A stretch of DNA of 64,000 nucleotides from Eledone cirrhosa (lineage: Eukaryota): positions 11,160,001 through 11,224,000 of the forward strand of contig OZ024760.1 of the NCBI GenBank assembly GCA_964016885.1, in the 5' to 3' direction. This document shows positions 28,092-42,763 of the stretch, piece after piece. The notes beneath the pieces were generated by a model. The model ran no database searches, was not told the DNA's origin, and was given only the letters and a program-made list of their open reading frames with translations. The position numbers were made by a program, and so were the translations under genes. Positions within the stretch are counted from its first letter, which is position 1. Every line of letters starts with the position of its first letter.

Positions 28092-28170
28092 TTATTTATT
28101 AAAATAACAGATTAAAGTTTATGTAAAGAATCGTTGCTTTCACCCTTAACGGGATCTTCTGAAACTAAAA
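28090..28170 (-). mobile_element. Family G fragment
   Basis: Matches 36575-36680 and 40236-40372. Confidence 0.75.
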
Positions 28171-28240
28171 AAAAATCAATCTGTGAACGCAGAAGTAAAT
28201 ATTTCGAAAAACGTTATATATATATATATATACACACATA

Positions 28241-28343
<103 letters not shown>

Positions 28344-28358
28344 GTATATATATATGTA

Positions 28359-28395
<37 letters not shown>

Positions 28396-28419
28396 ATATA
28401 TATGTATATATGTATATCG

Positions 28420-28879
28420 AGTCAATAGCCATCCAAAATCACCGGGAGAGATGACCCCTTAGCCTTTGTCAAGGCAGAATTCTAGGAGAAGGAAAACTCT
28501 GATATAACACCTGCAACCCTGATGGTATCCAATGATGTTGAATTGTTCTTCTTTTTGGTAAATATCATCTTGGTTAAGAGAGTGGGACTGGCTTTGTGCA
28601 GTGCCTTTGCTCACTATAAAAGCTTCACAGCACAGGCATTGCTTTATATCTGGAGATCTCTCTGCACTTGTCGTCACATGGTACCATGGGCCCAGCACTG
28701 TGTGTCAATAATTGTCACAAGTGTAGTGTTTGTACCAGAGTTTACAAGTCGCTGGCTGGACTAAAAAGTCACACTCGTTCAGCGCATTGGTAGGGGTTCT
28801 CCCACATGGATATAAAGTAGTGGCCGTACTCGAAAACGAGTTGGCAGCCACCATATATATGTATATATATGTATATATG

Positions 28880-28914
<35 letters not shown>

Positions 28915-29021
28915 GTATATATGTGTATATATATGTGTATATATGTGTATATATATGTGTATATATATGTATATATATGTATATATATGTATATATATGT
29001 ATATATGTGTATATATATGTA

Positions 29022-29062
<41 letters not shown>

Positions 29063-29400
29063 TATGGCTGCCCCCTCGTTATCGAGTATGGCCATTGCAC
29101 GATATGCCATTATTAATTAATTCTATCGTGCAATGCCTGTGTGTGAAGATATTTTTTTAAGTGAGGAAAGGCTGTGCACTGAGCCAATCCCACTCTCTGA
29201 GCGACAGTAGCTATAACCTGAAAAGAAGAAAAGATCAACATCATCGGTAACTACTGAGCCGCAGGTTTTATATCGGAGTTATCCCAGTTTCCTGAGTTGC
29301 CTTCTCCTAGTAGAATGCCCTGACAAAGGCTAGGGGTCCTTCACTCCCAGTGGTTTAACCGCGCGATTGGGTGTCCAGCCCGACTATTTCTATGTCCCCG
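28420..29400. mobile_element. Two diverged copies of one interspersed repeat in inverted orientation around a (TA)n array
   Basis: 28445-28640 pairs with 29130-29355; 28817-28851 pairs with 29064-29098. Confidence 0.8.
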
Positions 29401-29495
29401 TGCTTATACATACACATGCACCCATGTATATACACATATACATATGTACATGTGTATATACAATATATATATATATATACATACATATATACATA

Positions 29496-29803
<308 letters not shown>

Positions 29804-30834
29804 AGTACTCTAAATCTCCCCATCCACACACAAAAAATAAACAAACAAATAAATGCCAGAGAAAAATCTGTTTACGAGGAATATGTAAAAGAAGAAACCA
29901 TTATATCTATATTGTATAACATACTGGTTTCTTCATCTGGAAAATAATAACATCTTAAAGACAAAACCAAAAATAAAAAAAATAAAAACGAAGAAAGGAA
30001 AAGATAAAAAGATAAAAAAGAAAAAAGAGTAAAATAAAATCCCGAATTGGTGTGGAAAATGATATTATTGTTAAGAAACAGCTATTGGTAAATGGTCAAT
30101 TATCGAAGATAGGAAGAAGAGAAGGGGAGATTGGACTATGCCAAAGATTGTTTACCGAAAAGTCTTTGGCGACATTTTACATCGAAAGACATCGGATTTA
30201 ACTGCATATAAATACACCAACCACAATATTTAGGTAGTTTATAAGCCATGAAAGAAGGACATAGTTTCTAAAATCTAACTCCATATAAACAAACCAACCC
30301 CAATATTAAGACCGTTTCTCAACCTGGCTCAGTATTAATGTCGTTTGTCAACCATACCCTGTAGAAATAGGATCTAAATTATACAAAATGGATTATTGGA
30401 ATCAGCTTTATCTCTATAAGAAAATGAATTTTTTTAGCAAGACCTCATTTACTTCTCTTCACTTCTGACTAACATTAACAATCGCCGCCATTAACAAATC
30501 TGCCGGTTGTAAATAGACTATCTAAGGTAGGCCTTCGATCTGTTGGATAAACCCTACCCTACTTCCCCACTAAAATCACAGTACACTGCTATTTAAAACT
30601 AGTAGGACACAGTGGATAATGTAATGTTAGATATAAACTATGTCGGAATGTAGACGGCAAATTGGCAGAGTCATTAGAAGGTAGGATAGAATGATTTGAA
30701 GTAGACATTCACCGGGAGATAGAACAAAAGATAAATAATGAAATAGAAAGATAGTGACAAGTGGAAGGAACGGTAAAGCATTTTTGAGATAAAGTACTTG
30801 TACTCAGTCAGCCATTTTGGATAGAAAAAAATAT

Positions 30835-30900
<66 letters not shown>

Positions 30901-30902
<2 letters not shown>

Positions 30903-31080
30903 GAAATTGTATTTACAGGACTAGAACTGTTTCATTCGGGAGAAATCGTCAGGGCTTCCTGATGATTTCTCCCGAATGAAAAAGTTCTAGTCCTGTAGAA
31001 GCCATTTCTATATTAAATATTTATACTCTCCTATGTATTGAGTACCTTACTTACTGTGGTTACCCCCGATTGACCCTGAC
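30901..31080 (+). mobile_element. Family A fold-back element with two divergent HHR cores
   Basis: Plus-strand HHR 30952-31003 (one stem III mismatch); minus-strand core CTGACGA within 30914-30952; tail to about 31078. Confidence 0.8.
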
Positions 31081-31430
31081 ACACACACACACATACACAC
31101 ATATATATACACATATATATATAGGGAAGTTCATATTGTTATAATATTGTCAGAAATAATAACAGAAAACACTGTTTGGTTTGGATTGGTTTCGCTTCTG
31201 TATGTTTTATATTTCGATGGTTAATTTATCTGGCAATCAATGTTTATCATTGATTGGCCAACGGTTAAAAATACAGATATGAATATATATATATATATAT
31301 ATATTGTCTATCATAGTCTATATATATAGTCTATCATATAGTCTATATAGTTCTTTCATTACACACCTGTGACATCGTCAGTGGTTCTATTATGTTTCTT
31401 CCCGTTGTATTGTAATGTCTACGCCATTTT

Positions 31431-31484
<54 letters not shown>

Positions 31485-31568
31485 TTACATATATATATAC
31501 ACTCTCACACACACACATACACACACATACATACACACACAAACACACGTACACACATACAGACACAT

Positions 31569-31602
<34 letters not shown>

Positions 31603-31689
31603 GTAAAAGGTAAACAGAAATAACAACACAATCGGTACAGTATATGGAAGGTATATATTAGGTTAACGCTTGACATAGCAGGAAGAGGG

Positions 31690-31725
31690 TCTTAACGTTT
31701 CGGACGCTAGTCCTTCATCAGAAGA
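31690..31725 (-). ncRNA. Minimal hammerhead within PLE-like fragment 31605-32160
   Basis: Minus strand: tctt-CTGATGA-a-ggac-tagc-gtcc-GAAAC-GTT-aaga; all stems perfect. Confidence 0.85.
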
Positions 31726-32372
31726 ACGAATGAGAAATAAAATAGATTGAGTAGACGGACGGGTTGGAATTGGAAAAAATGTCTTTAGATAAAAATAACA
31801 GGTCCATTCATGTTGACATCTCTTGCAAAATGCTATGTTACAAAAGAATATCCACCACTTTCGGCTGTGCTTTGTTTTAAACAATATAGAAGAGACAATT
31901 GAGAATCGGAATCTAAATAAAAACATTCTATTAGACAGATGATTAGACAGATGTACCAGAAGAACTCTAAGAAAATACAAGTTTTTTGAAACCGAACACA
32001 TAAAATTATACTGGAACTAGTAATTAGGAGCTGATGAAGCTGATAAGCTACAAAATACAAAGAATGAACAAGAGAAAGCATTTAAAATAAATTTACTACA
32101 GGAGAGGCAGATTATTGCTAAAGAAGAAAACAGTCAAGAAGTTAATAACAGAAATAAGAAGATAATGAACACATACACGTTTGGTAGCCTCGCTGTAAAC
32201 TATATCATAATAAAGATCTTAATAATTTCTGTCTTCCCGCCTGTCTGTCAATCCTGCTCACTCTCTCTCCCTCTTTCTCCATCTATATACACATATACCC
32301 CCCCCCCCATATATATAAAGGCTGACTCAATACACATATGCTTTCTCTCGCTCTCGCAAAAGGAAAAAAAAA

Positions 32373-32680
32373 TTCTTCTTCTTCTTCTTTTTCTTCTTTT
32401 TCTTCTTCTTCTTCTTCTTCTTCTTCTTCTTCTTCTTCTTCTTCTTCTTCTTCTTCTTTTTTCTTCTTTTTCTTCTTCTTCTTCTTCTTCTTTTTTCTTT
32501 TTTTTCTTCTTCTTCTTCTTCTTCTTCTTCTTCTTCTTCTTCTTCTTCTTCTTCTTCTTCTTCTTCTTCTTCCTTTTTCTTCTTTTTCTTCTTCTTCTTC
32601 TTCTTTTTTCTTCTTTTTTTCTTCTTCTTCTTCTTCTTCTTCTTCTTCTTCTTCTTCTTCTTCTTCTTCTTCTTCTATCT
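32373..32680. repeat. (CTT)n microsatellite
   Basis: Direct inspection. Confidence 0.95.
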
Positions 32681-32709
32681 TTCTATGTCATCCTTCATTT
32701 CTCATTCTA

Positions 32710-32745
32710 TCTTCTGATGAAGGACCAGTGTCCGATATGCAAAGA
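32710..32745 (+). ncRNA. Degenerate hammerhead (paralogue of 31690)
   Basis: tctt-CTGATGA-aggaccagtgtcc-GATA-tgca-aaga; GAAA box mutated. Confidence 0.5.
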
Positions 32746-32853
32746 TTCTTTCCCTACTACATCAAGTGTGAAACAAATATGTTTCTTTACTGTACTGTGT
32801 TGTTTAATTTATTTTTTCTGTTTACATTTTCCATATATATATATATATTTATC

Positions 32854-32915
32854 AAACACTATGTACATTTCAAAGACCGGGTTCTGTAGGATCCTGGTGG
32901 CATCATCAGGTGTTT
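32854..32915 (-). ncRNA. Minimal hammerhead with palindromic stem III (AUGUACAU)
   Basis: Minus strand: aaacac-CTGATGA-tgccaccaggatcctacagaacccggtcttt-GAAATGTACATA-gtgttt. Confidence 0.75.
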
Positions 32916-33600
32916 ATTGTATAAAAGTTATATAATAAAGTAATCATGGTAGACACAATCCAAGAAGCTGAAAAGCAGAGAGAAATGTTTAAGACCCGAA
33001 TGCGGTCAGGGTCAGCTGTTGCCAGTCTCGTTATCTTGATGATGAACAAAGAAAAAGGAGAAAAAGGGGGAGAAGAAAACACGCGCATATTCAAGAATCA
33101 TATGTTAATCAATTTTGTTTTTCTTTATAAGCGGATCAAAGATAATCGATAAACGATAGATACCTTCCCCCGATATCGATGGTAGTTAGAAAGATTTGTA
33201 TGCGTGTGAAGTATACTCAACCGACAGAGTGTGAAATATTGCAAGCAGCCCTTCCATTACTAATGTTGTTGTATTATAAACTAATCTAAATCTAAATAGT
33301 TACAAATGTTGCTGTCGGAAGTGGGCACACGCCATCAATCTTCATTTAAATATCTCTTATATATAAGTTCTCACAGAGATTAATAATATGTTTTTATACA
33401 TTTACGAGGTTTGTACCAAAAGTAAAGGCACTGGTTTTCCAATGTACGACATGGTAACACATCACCTCCTTGATGTATATAAACTTGTTGGTTATGGCCT
33501 TTACTACTCATACATGCTTGTGTCAACACGATCGATTGAGTCAGCGGTGAGTTATTCTTGTTTATATAGAGACGTGTTTATAACCTCGGTTACGCTTGCA

Positions 33601-33726
33601 ATGCAGAAAAATATCGGGTCACGGTATGCGATCAAATTTTGTGTGAAACTCGACAAATCTGCCACCGAAACATTTAATTCTTTAACACAAACTTATGGAG
33701 ATGTCTCTCTATCGAGAACTATTGTA
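33601..33726 (+). pseudogene. Mariner transposase N-terminal HTH remnant
   Basis: MQKNIGSRYAIKFCVKLDKSATETFNSLTQTYGDVSLSRTIV matches the RxxIKFCVKLGKSATETxxxLxxxYG pattern; truncated. Confidence 0.85.
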
Positions 33727-33772
33727 TGCATTTTGAAGGAAATAACTTGTAATTTCATGTACATCTAATATA

Positions 33773-33974
33773 CAGGGTGACCACAAAAACACACCAGCTA
33801 TATTGTTGTGGAGTGAACGCCATCTTAAATTACACTGCGATCTAGCTGATCGAGTCAATAAGGAAAGAAACTTTGTTAGTTGATGCAACTGTAGTCACCA
33901 ATATTGTAAGAATATTCATTTAAGTTTTGATATTAAAAGTATTTGAAATCAAGGAGTGTGTTGTGGTCAGCCTC
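33773..33974. mobile_element. Tc1-type MITE nested in the mariner relic
   Basis: ta-cagggtgaccaca ... tgtggtcagcctc-ta. Confidence 0.7.
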
Positions 33975-34226
33975 TATATTTAAATAAAAACTCAGTAACC
34001 TTACTTTTGGGACAAACCTCGTACATACGTTTGTAATATATGTGTTTAAAGTTTAGCATAAATTCGAATTTACACATCACACATTTGGATGACAGACATT
34101 CCACTTTCAACAAGGAAGTGATTCAATATGGTGTGATGAACAGGACGCTAACACATCGCCATTTTAGTTCACATTAATATTGAAATATTTTATATCACTC
34201 AACTTGACATAACTTTATTTATTTAT

Positions 34227-34288
<62 letters not shown>

Positions 34289-34433
34289 GTCTCTCTATCT
34301 ATTTACTTGTCTATCTATCTATCTATATCTATCTATCTATCTATATCTATCTATCTATCTATCTATGTCTGTCTGTCTGTCTGTCTGTCGGTCTGTCGGT
34401 CTGTCTGTCTGTCTGCATGTCTGTCTGTCCACA

Positions 34434-34492
<59 letters not shown>

Positions 34493-34723
34493 CCAACTAA
34501 CTATTTATCTGTGTATCTGTCTTTATATACATCTATCTTCGTATTTACACACACACACACACATATATACACTATACAATCTCTCTCTCTCTCACTCTCT
34601 CTCTCCCTCTCACTCTCTCTCTCCCTCTCCCTCTCCCTCTCTCTCCCTCTCCCTCTCCCTCTCCCTCTCTCTCTCTCCCTCTCTCTCCCTCTCTCTCTCC
34701 CTCCCTCTCTACCCCCCTCCCTT

Positions 34724-34797
<74 letters not shown>

Positions 34798-35223
34798 ACT
34801 CTCTCTCTCTCCCCCTCTCTCTCACACACACACACACACATCCATAAATATGTTTATTTATGAAAGGTTTACACTGATCCTAAACCTAATTGAATCTACA
34901 ACACGATTTACAGAGTAATTTACTTAGAATGTGTAAATCTTGTTCATACGAACAAACATATACACTGACGCACATTTGTATACACATATACACAACCACA
35001 CACCATGTATATATATATATATATGTCGCCAGAACGAATAAAATGGAAACGTTTATTAAATATGCATGTATGTTTGTATTATGTAATATGTATGTTTGTA
35101 TATAAGTATGTATGTATGTATGTTTGTATATAAGTATGTATGTATGTGTGTGTATATGTATGTATGTATTTATGTATGTATGTATTTACTTCTGTATGTA
35201 TGTATGTATATGTATGTATGTAT

Positions 35224-35255
<32 letters not shown>

Positions 35256-35388
35256 TGTGTGTGTATATGTATGTGTGTATTTATTTATGTATGTATGTAT
35301 TTACTTCTGTATGTATGTATGTATATGTATGTATGTATTATATGTATGTATGTATGCATGTATTATATGTATGTATGTATGCATGTAT

Positions 35389-35420
<32 letters not shown>

Positions 35421-35739
35421 TGTATGTATGTTCTTCTGGTTTTATAATTTCACAAATGTTTACCAATAGAGAGAGAGTCGGTTTCTAACACACACAAGAC
35501 TCTCTCATTGGAATTTACATAACATCAACTAGGTAGATATTTATGTATGTGTGGATCATCATCATAACCACCACCAACTCCAGCACCACCACCACCACCT
35601 CTACTGTCACCTCATCGCCCCCACCCTACTTTACTTAACATGTTGCTAACGACGGAACCTATTCCTGGTTATTCAATTTTCTGTGCGTGTATATGTATAT
35701 ATACACACACACACACACACACATTTATATATATATATA

Positions 35740-36125
35740 CAATATATTAATAAATGGAAACTATATTTATAAAACCATATTTATTAAAATACAGATTTGT
35801 TTTCTAAATAAATATTGACAAACCCGGAAAAAAGACAACCTTAACGGGTGGAGCTTCCTGGAGGCTCCAACCGTAAAGGTTGTCTTTTTTCCGGGTTTGT
35901 CAATATTTATTTAGAAAACAAATCTTTATTTTATCTGATGAAAGCGCACCATAATTTGCCTTGGTTGCCCTTGAAATACGTATAATAAAATAAATATGGT
36001 TTTATAAATATAGTTTCTATTTGTTAATATATTGTGTATTTACTCCACAAAACTGTTGAGTGCTTTATATCAGTTATACACATTTTTAAGCTTGTTGAAT
36101 CCCAACAAATTAAATATAACATCTA
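35740..36125 (+). mobile_element. Family C fold-back element with HHR at 35925-35994
   Basis: tttattttat-CTGATGA-stem II-GAAATACGTATA-ataaaataaa (10-bp stem I); palindrome 35740-36034 plus tail. Confidence 0.85.
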
Positions 36126-36132
36126 CACACAT

Positions 36133-36214
<82 letters not shown>

Positions 36215-36217
<3 letters not shown>

Positions 36218-36504
36218 AAAAATTCTATTTAAATTGTTGGGATGCAACAAGCAAATATTTTTATAACTGATATAAAGTACTCAACAAATATTTGGAGTAA
36301 AAATACGATATTAACAAATGGAAACCATATTTATTTCATTATACATATTTCAAGGACACCAAGTTAAATTATGGTGTGCTTTCATCAGTGCTCTATATTA
36401 TATTTTATCTGATGAAAGTACACCATAATTTAACTTGGTGCCATTGAAATATGTATAATGAAATAAATATGGTTTTATAAATATAGTTTCCATTTGTTAA
36501 TATC

Positions 36505-36508
<4 letters not shown>
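36215..36508 (-). mobile_element. Family C fold-back element; HHR at 36401-36465 (+) and inverted core at 36330-36388
   Basis: tattttat-CTGATGA-...-GAAATATGTATA-atgaaata; inverted relative to the neighbouring copy across (TA)n. Confidence 0.85.
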
Positions 36509-36574
<66 letters not shown>

Positions 36575-36578
<4 letters not shown>

Positions 36579-36680
36579 TAAAATAAGAGATTAAAGTTTA
36601 AGCAAAGAATCGCTGCTTTCACCCTTAACTGGATCTTCTGAAACTGGATTTTAGTCTTCAAATTTTTATTATTACTATAT
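36575..36680 (-). mobile_element. Family G fragment
   Basis: Shared sequence with 40150-40372. Confidence 0.75.
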
Positions 36681-36714
36681 ATATATATATACATATATAC
36701 ATACATATATATAT

Positions 36715-36811
<97 letters not shown>

Positions 36812-37039
36812 CACATATGCGTTAGTGTCAGATTTAAAAGCGGAAAAGATTAATACACACACACATACACACACATATATATATATATATGTGTGTGTGT
36901 ATGTGTGTATTTCTATGTGTGTGTTTAGACACACACATACCTCCCCAACACGCACTTATCTTTTTTCTCTCGTAAATCTAACTGAAATTTACTAACGATG
37001 TCATCATTAGTAACATTCTGAGATATTTTTTCCGGTAGA

Positions 37040-37459
37040 TTAGCAACAACAACAATAACAACAACCACAACCACAACAACAATGATAACAACAACAACAA
37101 CCACAACAACAGCAACAACCACAACAACAATGACAACCAACACAACAACAACAATAATGACAACAACAACAATAATATTAATAACAATAATAAAATAACG
37201 GGAAGAGTGAACCCGTGCGATTTAATGAATTTTGAAAAGAAACTTTAAGAATAGTAACAGCAGCAGCAGCAACAGCAGCACCAGAAGCACCAGCAGCAGT
37301 AGCAGCAGCAACAGTAGCAACAGCAACAGCAACAGCAGCAGAAAAAAACAGCAGCAGTAACACCATCAGCTGAAGTAGCAGCAACAGCAGCAGCAAAAAC
37401 AGCAGCAGTGACACCATCAAGAGCAGCAACAGCAGTATCAGCAACAGCAGCAGTAACAA

Positions 37460-37492
<33 letters not shown>

Positions 37493-37801
37493 CAGCAGCA
37501 GCAGCAGCAAAAACAGCAGCAGTAACACTATCAGCAGCAGCAGCAACAGCAGTATCAGCAACAGCAGCAGCAAAAACAGCAGCAGTAACACCATCAGCAG
37601 CAACAACAGCAGTATCAGCAACAGCAGCAGCAACATCAGCAGCAGTATCAACATGGACGGTAGCAAACAATGGTGTCAACATCAGAAGCCGTATCACCAT
37701 CAGCAGCAGCAGCTGCAGCGAGTTCCTCACCTGCATCATCACCAGCAGCAACACCAGTAACAACAGCATCAACATCAATATCATGTGTTACAACAACAAC
37801 A

Positions 37802-37838
<37 letters not shown>

Positions 37839-38670
37839 TAAACTAATATAACTGCAGTAACAACCACAGCGTCATTAATGATATTGTACTTATTGGCTGG
37901 ATCAAGATAACACATAATAAAACAACAACAACAACAACAACTACAGCTACAGCTCGTACTATAACAACTACAACAACAGCAACAACAACAACAACAGCTA
38001 CAACAACAACTACAGCTGCAACAGCAGCTACAACAGCAACAGCTCGTACTATAACAACTACAACAACAGCTACAACAACAACAACAACTACAGCTACAAC
38101 AGCAACAGCTCGTACTATAACAACTACAACAACAGCTACAACAACAACAACAACTACAGCTACAACCGCAACAGCTAGTACTATAACAACTACAACAACA
38201 ACAACAACAACTACAGCTACAACAACAACAGCTACAACAACTACAGCTACAACAGCAACAGCTACAACAACAACAGCTACAACAACTACAGCTACAACAG
38301 CAACAGCTACAACAACAACAGCTACAACAACTACAGCTACAACAGCAACAGCTACAACAACAACAGCTACAACAACTACAGCTACAACAGCAACAGCTCG
38401 TACTATAACAGCAACAACAACAACAGCAACAACAACAACAGCTACAACAGCTCGTACTATAACAACAGCAACAACAACAAGAACAACAATAATAACAACA
38501 TCTATGGGATTGAAGACTGCAAATGAATGACATCACGTCTGATTTTACTGTCTCCATTACGTCTCTTGAGACATACACACACACACACACACACACACAT
38601 ACGCACATGTGTACACACACACACACATACATGCACACCTGTGTACACACACACACATATACACCTGTGT

Positions 38671-38701
<31 letters not shown>

Positions 38702-38837
38702 TACACACCTATGTACACACACACATACACGCCTGTGTACACACACACACACACACATACATACACACCTGTGTACACACACACACATACATACATACAC
38801 ACCTGTGTACACACACACACACACATACACACGTGTA

Positions 38838-38896
<59 letters not shown>

Positions 38897-38935
38897 ACCT
38901 GTACACACACACACTCGCAGAGACACACGTATATA
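37040..38935. repeat. (AAC)n, (AGC)n and (CA)n derived arrays
   Basis: Direct inspection. Confidence 0.9.
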
Positions 38936-38954
38936 TATATATATATACAGACAC

Positions 38955-39160
38955 AACCGTTGAAATTCACTAACCAACCTACAAGAGACGCAGAGGTAGT
39001 CCCTGAGCAAGATGGTTGGATAACATCCATTGGCTTGTCACGCTTTGGGATCCAGCTGCATCAGTTAGAGATGTTTGCTTCTGACAGACTCGCTGGAAGG
39101 AGTGTTTGAGAAGGACTCTGCCCCCACGACCCTCTCACAAATAAGTGGGCGAAGAAGAAG
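38955..39160 (+). mobile_element. RTE-clade LINE 3' fragment
   Basis: From 38983 reads KRRRGSP*ARWLDNI (RTE C-terminal RxRGRPxxRWxD motif), later a DRLA-like motif, then a (gaa)n tail; tail repeated at 48260-48312. Confidence 0.75.
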
Positions 39161-39272
39161 ATATTGTCAATTTACTTTTCAATTTACATGTATCTATCTG
39201 CTTATATATTTGCGAAGAATACCAATATGCACACTACATATGTTAGCAGAAAAAATATATATACACACTTCT

Positions 39273-39306
39273 CACCTGAGGAAGGGCTTATGCCCGAAAC
39301 GTCGTC
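39273..39306 (+). ncRNA. Minimal hammerhead in a PLE-like fragment
   Basis: cac-CTGAGGA-a-gggc-ttat-gccc-GAAAC-GTC-gtc; short stem I; aataaa downstream. Confidence 0.65.
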
Positions 39307-39429
39307 CCCCACCTACCCCCCCCACTCTCCTGAGCGTGAATTTAATAAACATTTATTGTACTGCCTCTCTGTTCTGTCCCTGTTCAAATTTTTCATTATA
39401 TATATATATATATATATATACGTTATTCC

Positions 39430-39834
39430 GGGTTGAATCGGAGGTAACCGCAGTAAGTAAGGTACTCAATACATTGCAGAGTATAAAAGTTTTAATATAG
39501 ATGAGATTCTACAGGACTAGAACTGTTTCATTCTTTAGAAATCATCAGGAATCTGGGTATCAAAAAATAAATATGGTATTTCTTTCTTTCTGAACTTGTT
39601 TATAGAATTCTTTCTGCTTTGTTACTCTAAATATAAACTATAGCTTTGAAGAATTAGCCTTTAATGAATTCCCTTTTCTATCAACCAATGACCTACACCC
39701 ATCCCACTCCCTACCCTCTCCTACCACCTGAAGAGACCTATAAATACCATACTTATTTTTTGATACCCAGATTCCTGATGATTTCTAAAGAATGAAACAG
39801 TTCTAGTCCTGTAGAATCTCATCTATATTAAAAC
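39430..39834 (-). mobile_element. Family A variant with about 92-bp inverted arms, each holding an intact HHR (39504-39554 -, 39769-39819 +)
   Basis: agattc-CTGATGA-tttctaaagaat-GAAAcag-ttctagtc-ctGTA-gaatct in both arms. Confidence 0.9.
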
Positions 39835-39887
<53 letters not shown>

Positions 39888-40037
39888 GTGTGTATATAGT
39901 AATGTGTGTATATATGTTTTTTGTCTATGTAATGTTTTAGTTTGGTTACTTAAATCGTGTTAACTCACGTAATTTAATGAAATGTCACTGAGAACAAAGA
40001 AATGAATGAAAATACATCTGGCTAAAGCATCTCTTTA

Positions 40038-40372
<335 letters not shown>

Positions 40373-40516
40373 ATATATATATGTGCAAACATACATGTAT
40401 ATAAATACATATATATACATACATATATATACACACACATATATATTTATATGCGTGTGTATATATACTTCTACACGAATAAGTATACATATATATACAT
40501 ATATATATATAAATAA

Positions 40517-40548
<32 letters not shown>

Positions 40549-40694
40549 ATGAGTGTGTGCATATAAACTAAGATACATAAATTCTTACATATTTACGCAC
40601 ACTCACACACAAACACACATACATATATACGTATATGTGCCAATGCAGTGTGTGTATATATATGCATCCATATGTTTATACACGCACACACACA

Positions 40695-40732
<38 letters not shown>

Positions 40733-41059
40733 TATACACACAAAGAATTGTTTACCAACACGTCTTCAATTGTAAACATTTCCAGTCAACAACACACAGT
40801 CTTGTTGATTCAAAATGGCGGCAAAAAATAGTCTTTGAAATTATCAAAAATACGAAAAAAAAAAAAAAAAAAAAAAAAATGCACCACACAAAAAACAGAA
40901 AACAACAACAACAACAACAACAACAACATAGAAACAATAAATAAATAATTAGATAAATAAATATTTGGCCGATTAAGACGTTGATAATTTTATAATTGAA
41001 AAGATTAAGATAGGTGTGACATGTTGAGAAATAATAGGTGGAACAATGGTGAATAGTAG

Positions 41060-42050
41060 CATTATCACATCATCGTCGTCATCGGCACGGTCATCGGCAC
41101 GGTCATCGGCACGGTCATCGTTATCATTGTCATCGTCATTGTCGTCGTCGTCGTCATCATTTTTGTTATCGTCATCATCATCATTGGTCACAACTATTAT
41201 CATCATCGATGTCATAATGAACTTTATCCCCATCATCATCATCATCAACAGCAGCACCACCATCACCATCATCATTACCATCACCATCATCACCACCATC
41301 ACCACCATCATCACCACCATCACCACCACCATCACCACCACCATCACTACCATCATTACCATCACCACCACCATCACCCCCACCATCACCACCACCATCA
41401 TCATCATCACTACCACCACTACCACCATCACTACCACCACCACCACCACCATCACCACCACCACCACCACCACCACCATCACCCCCACCATCACCACCAC
41501 CATCATCATCATCACTACCACCATCACCACCATCACTACCATCATCACCACCACCACCATCACCACCACCACCACTACCACCATCATCACCACCATCACC
41601 ACCATCACTACCATCATCACCACCACCACCATCACCACCACCACCACTACCACCATCATCACCACCATCACCACCATCACTACCATCATCACCACCACCA
41701 TCACCACCATCACTACCATCATCACCACCACCACCATCACTACCATCATCACCACCACCACCACCACCACCACCACCACCACCACCATCACCACCACCAC
41801 CACTACCACCATCATCACCACCATCACCACCATCACTACCATCATCACCACCACCATCACCACCACTACCACCATCATCACCACCATCACCACCATCACT
41901 ACCATCATCACCACCACCATCACCACCATCACTACCATCATCACCACTACCATCACCACCATCACTACCATCATCACCACCACCACCATCACTACCATCA
42001 TCACCACCACCACCACCACCACCACCACCACCATCATCATCATCATTACA
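41060..42050. repeat. (ATC/ACC)n degenerate array
   Basis: Direct inspection. Confidence 0.95.
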
Positions 42051-42239
42051 TGCAGCTTATGCAGCAACAATCTCACAACATTGCCTCTGTAACTGCAACA
42101 TAAACGTATTATACACAGTTTGCAATATGAAGGGCTGTGCTCCAGCATGGCCAACGCCGAGCTAGCTAGGTTGTCTAGTCAGCCATCTTTTCTACCATTA
42201 CGTCACTTCTCTCTCTCTCTTTCCCTCTCTCTCTCTCTC

Positions 42240-42287
<48 letters not shown>

Positions 42288-42305
42288 TATCTTAAAATGT
42301 ATATA

Positions 42306-42337
<32 letters not shown>

Positions 42338-42410
42338 CATACATGTATGTATAAATGAATGAGTAGATACAAGTATGCGTTTATGCGTACATTCAAACAT
42401 ATAAACATGC

Positions 42411-42442
<32 letters not shown>

Positions 42443-42544
42443 GCACTTATATATACATATATACATATATACATATGTACTTATATATACTTATATATAC
42501 ATATATATATATAAATACACACACCCACACACACACATATATAT

Positions 42545-42599
<55 letters not shown>

Positions 42600-42648
42600 T
42601 ACATATATACATATGTACTTATATATACATATATACATATATATATAA

Positions 42649-42763
<115 letters not shown>

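Larger units (their letters stand above)
33405..34021 (+). mobile_element. Internally deleted mariner element with TA target duplication
   Basis: TIRs cgaggtttgtaccaaaagtaa / ttacttttgggacaaacctcg flanked by TA. Confidence 0.9.
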
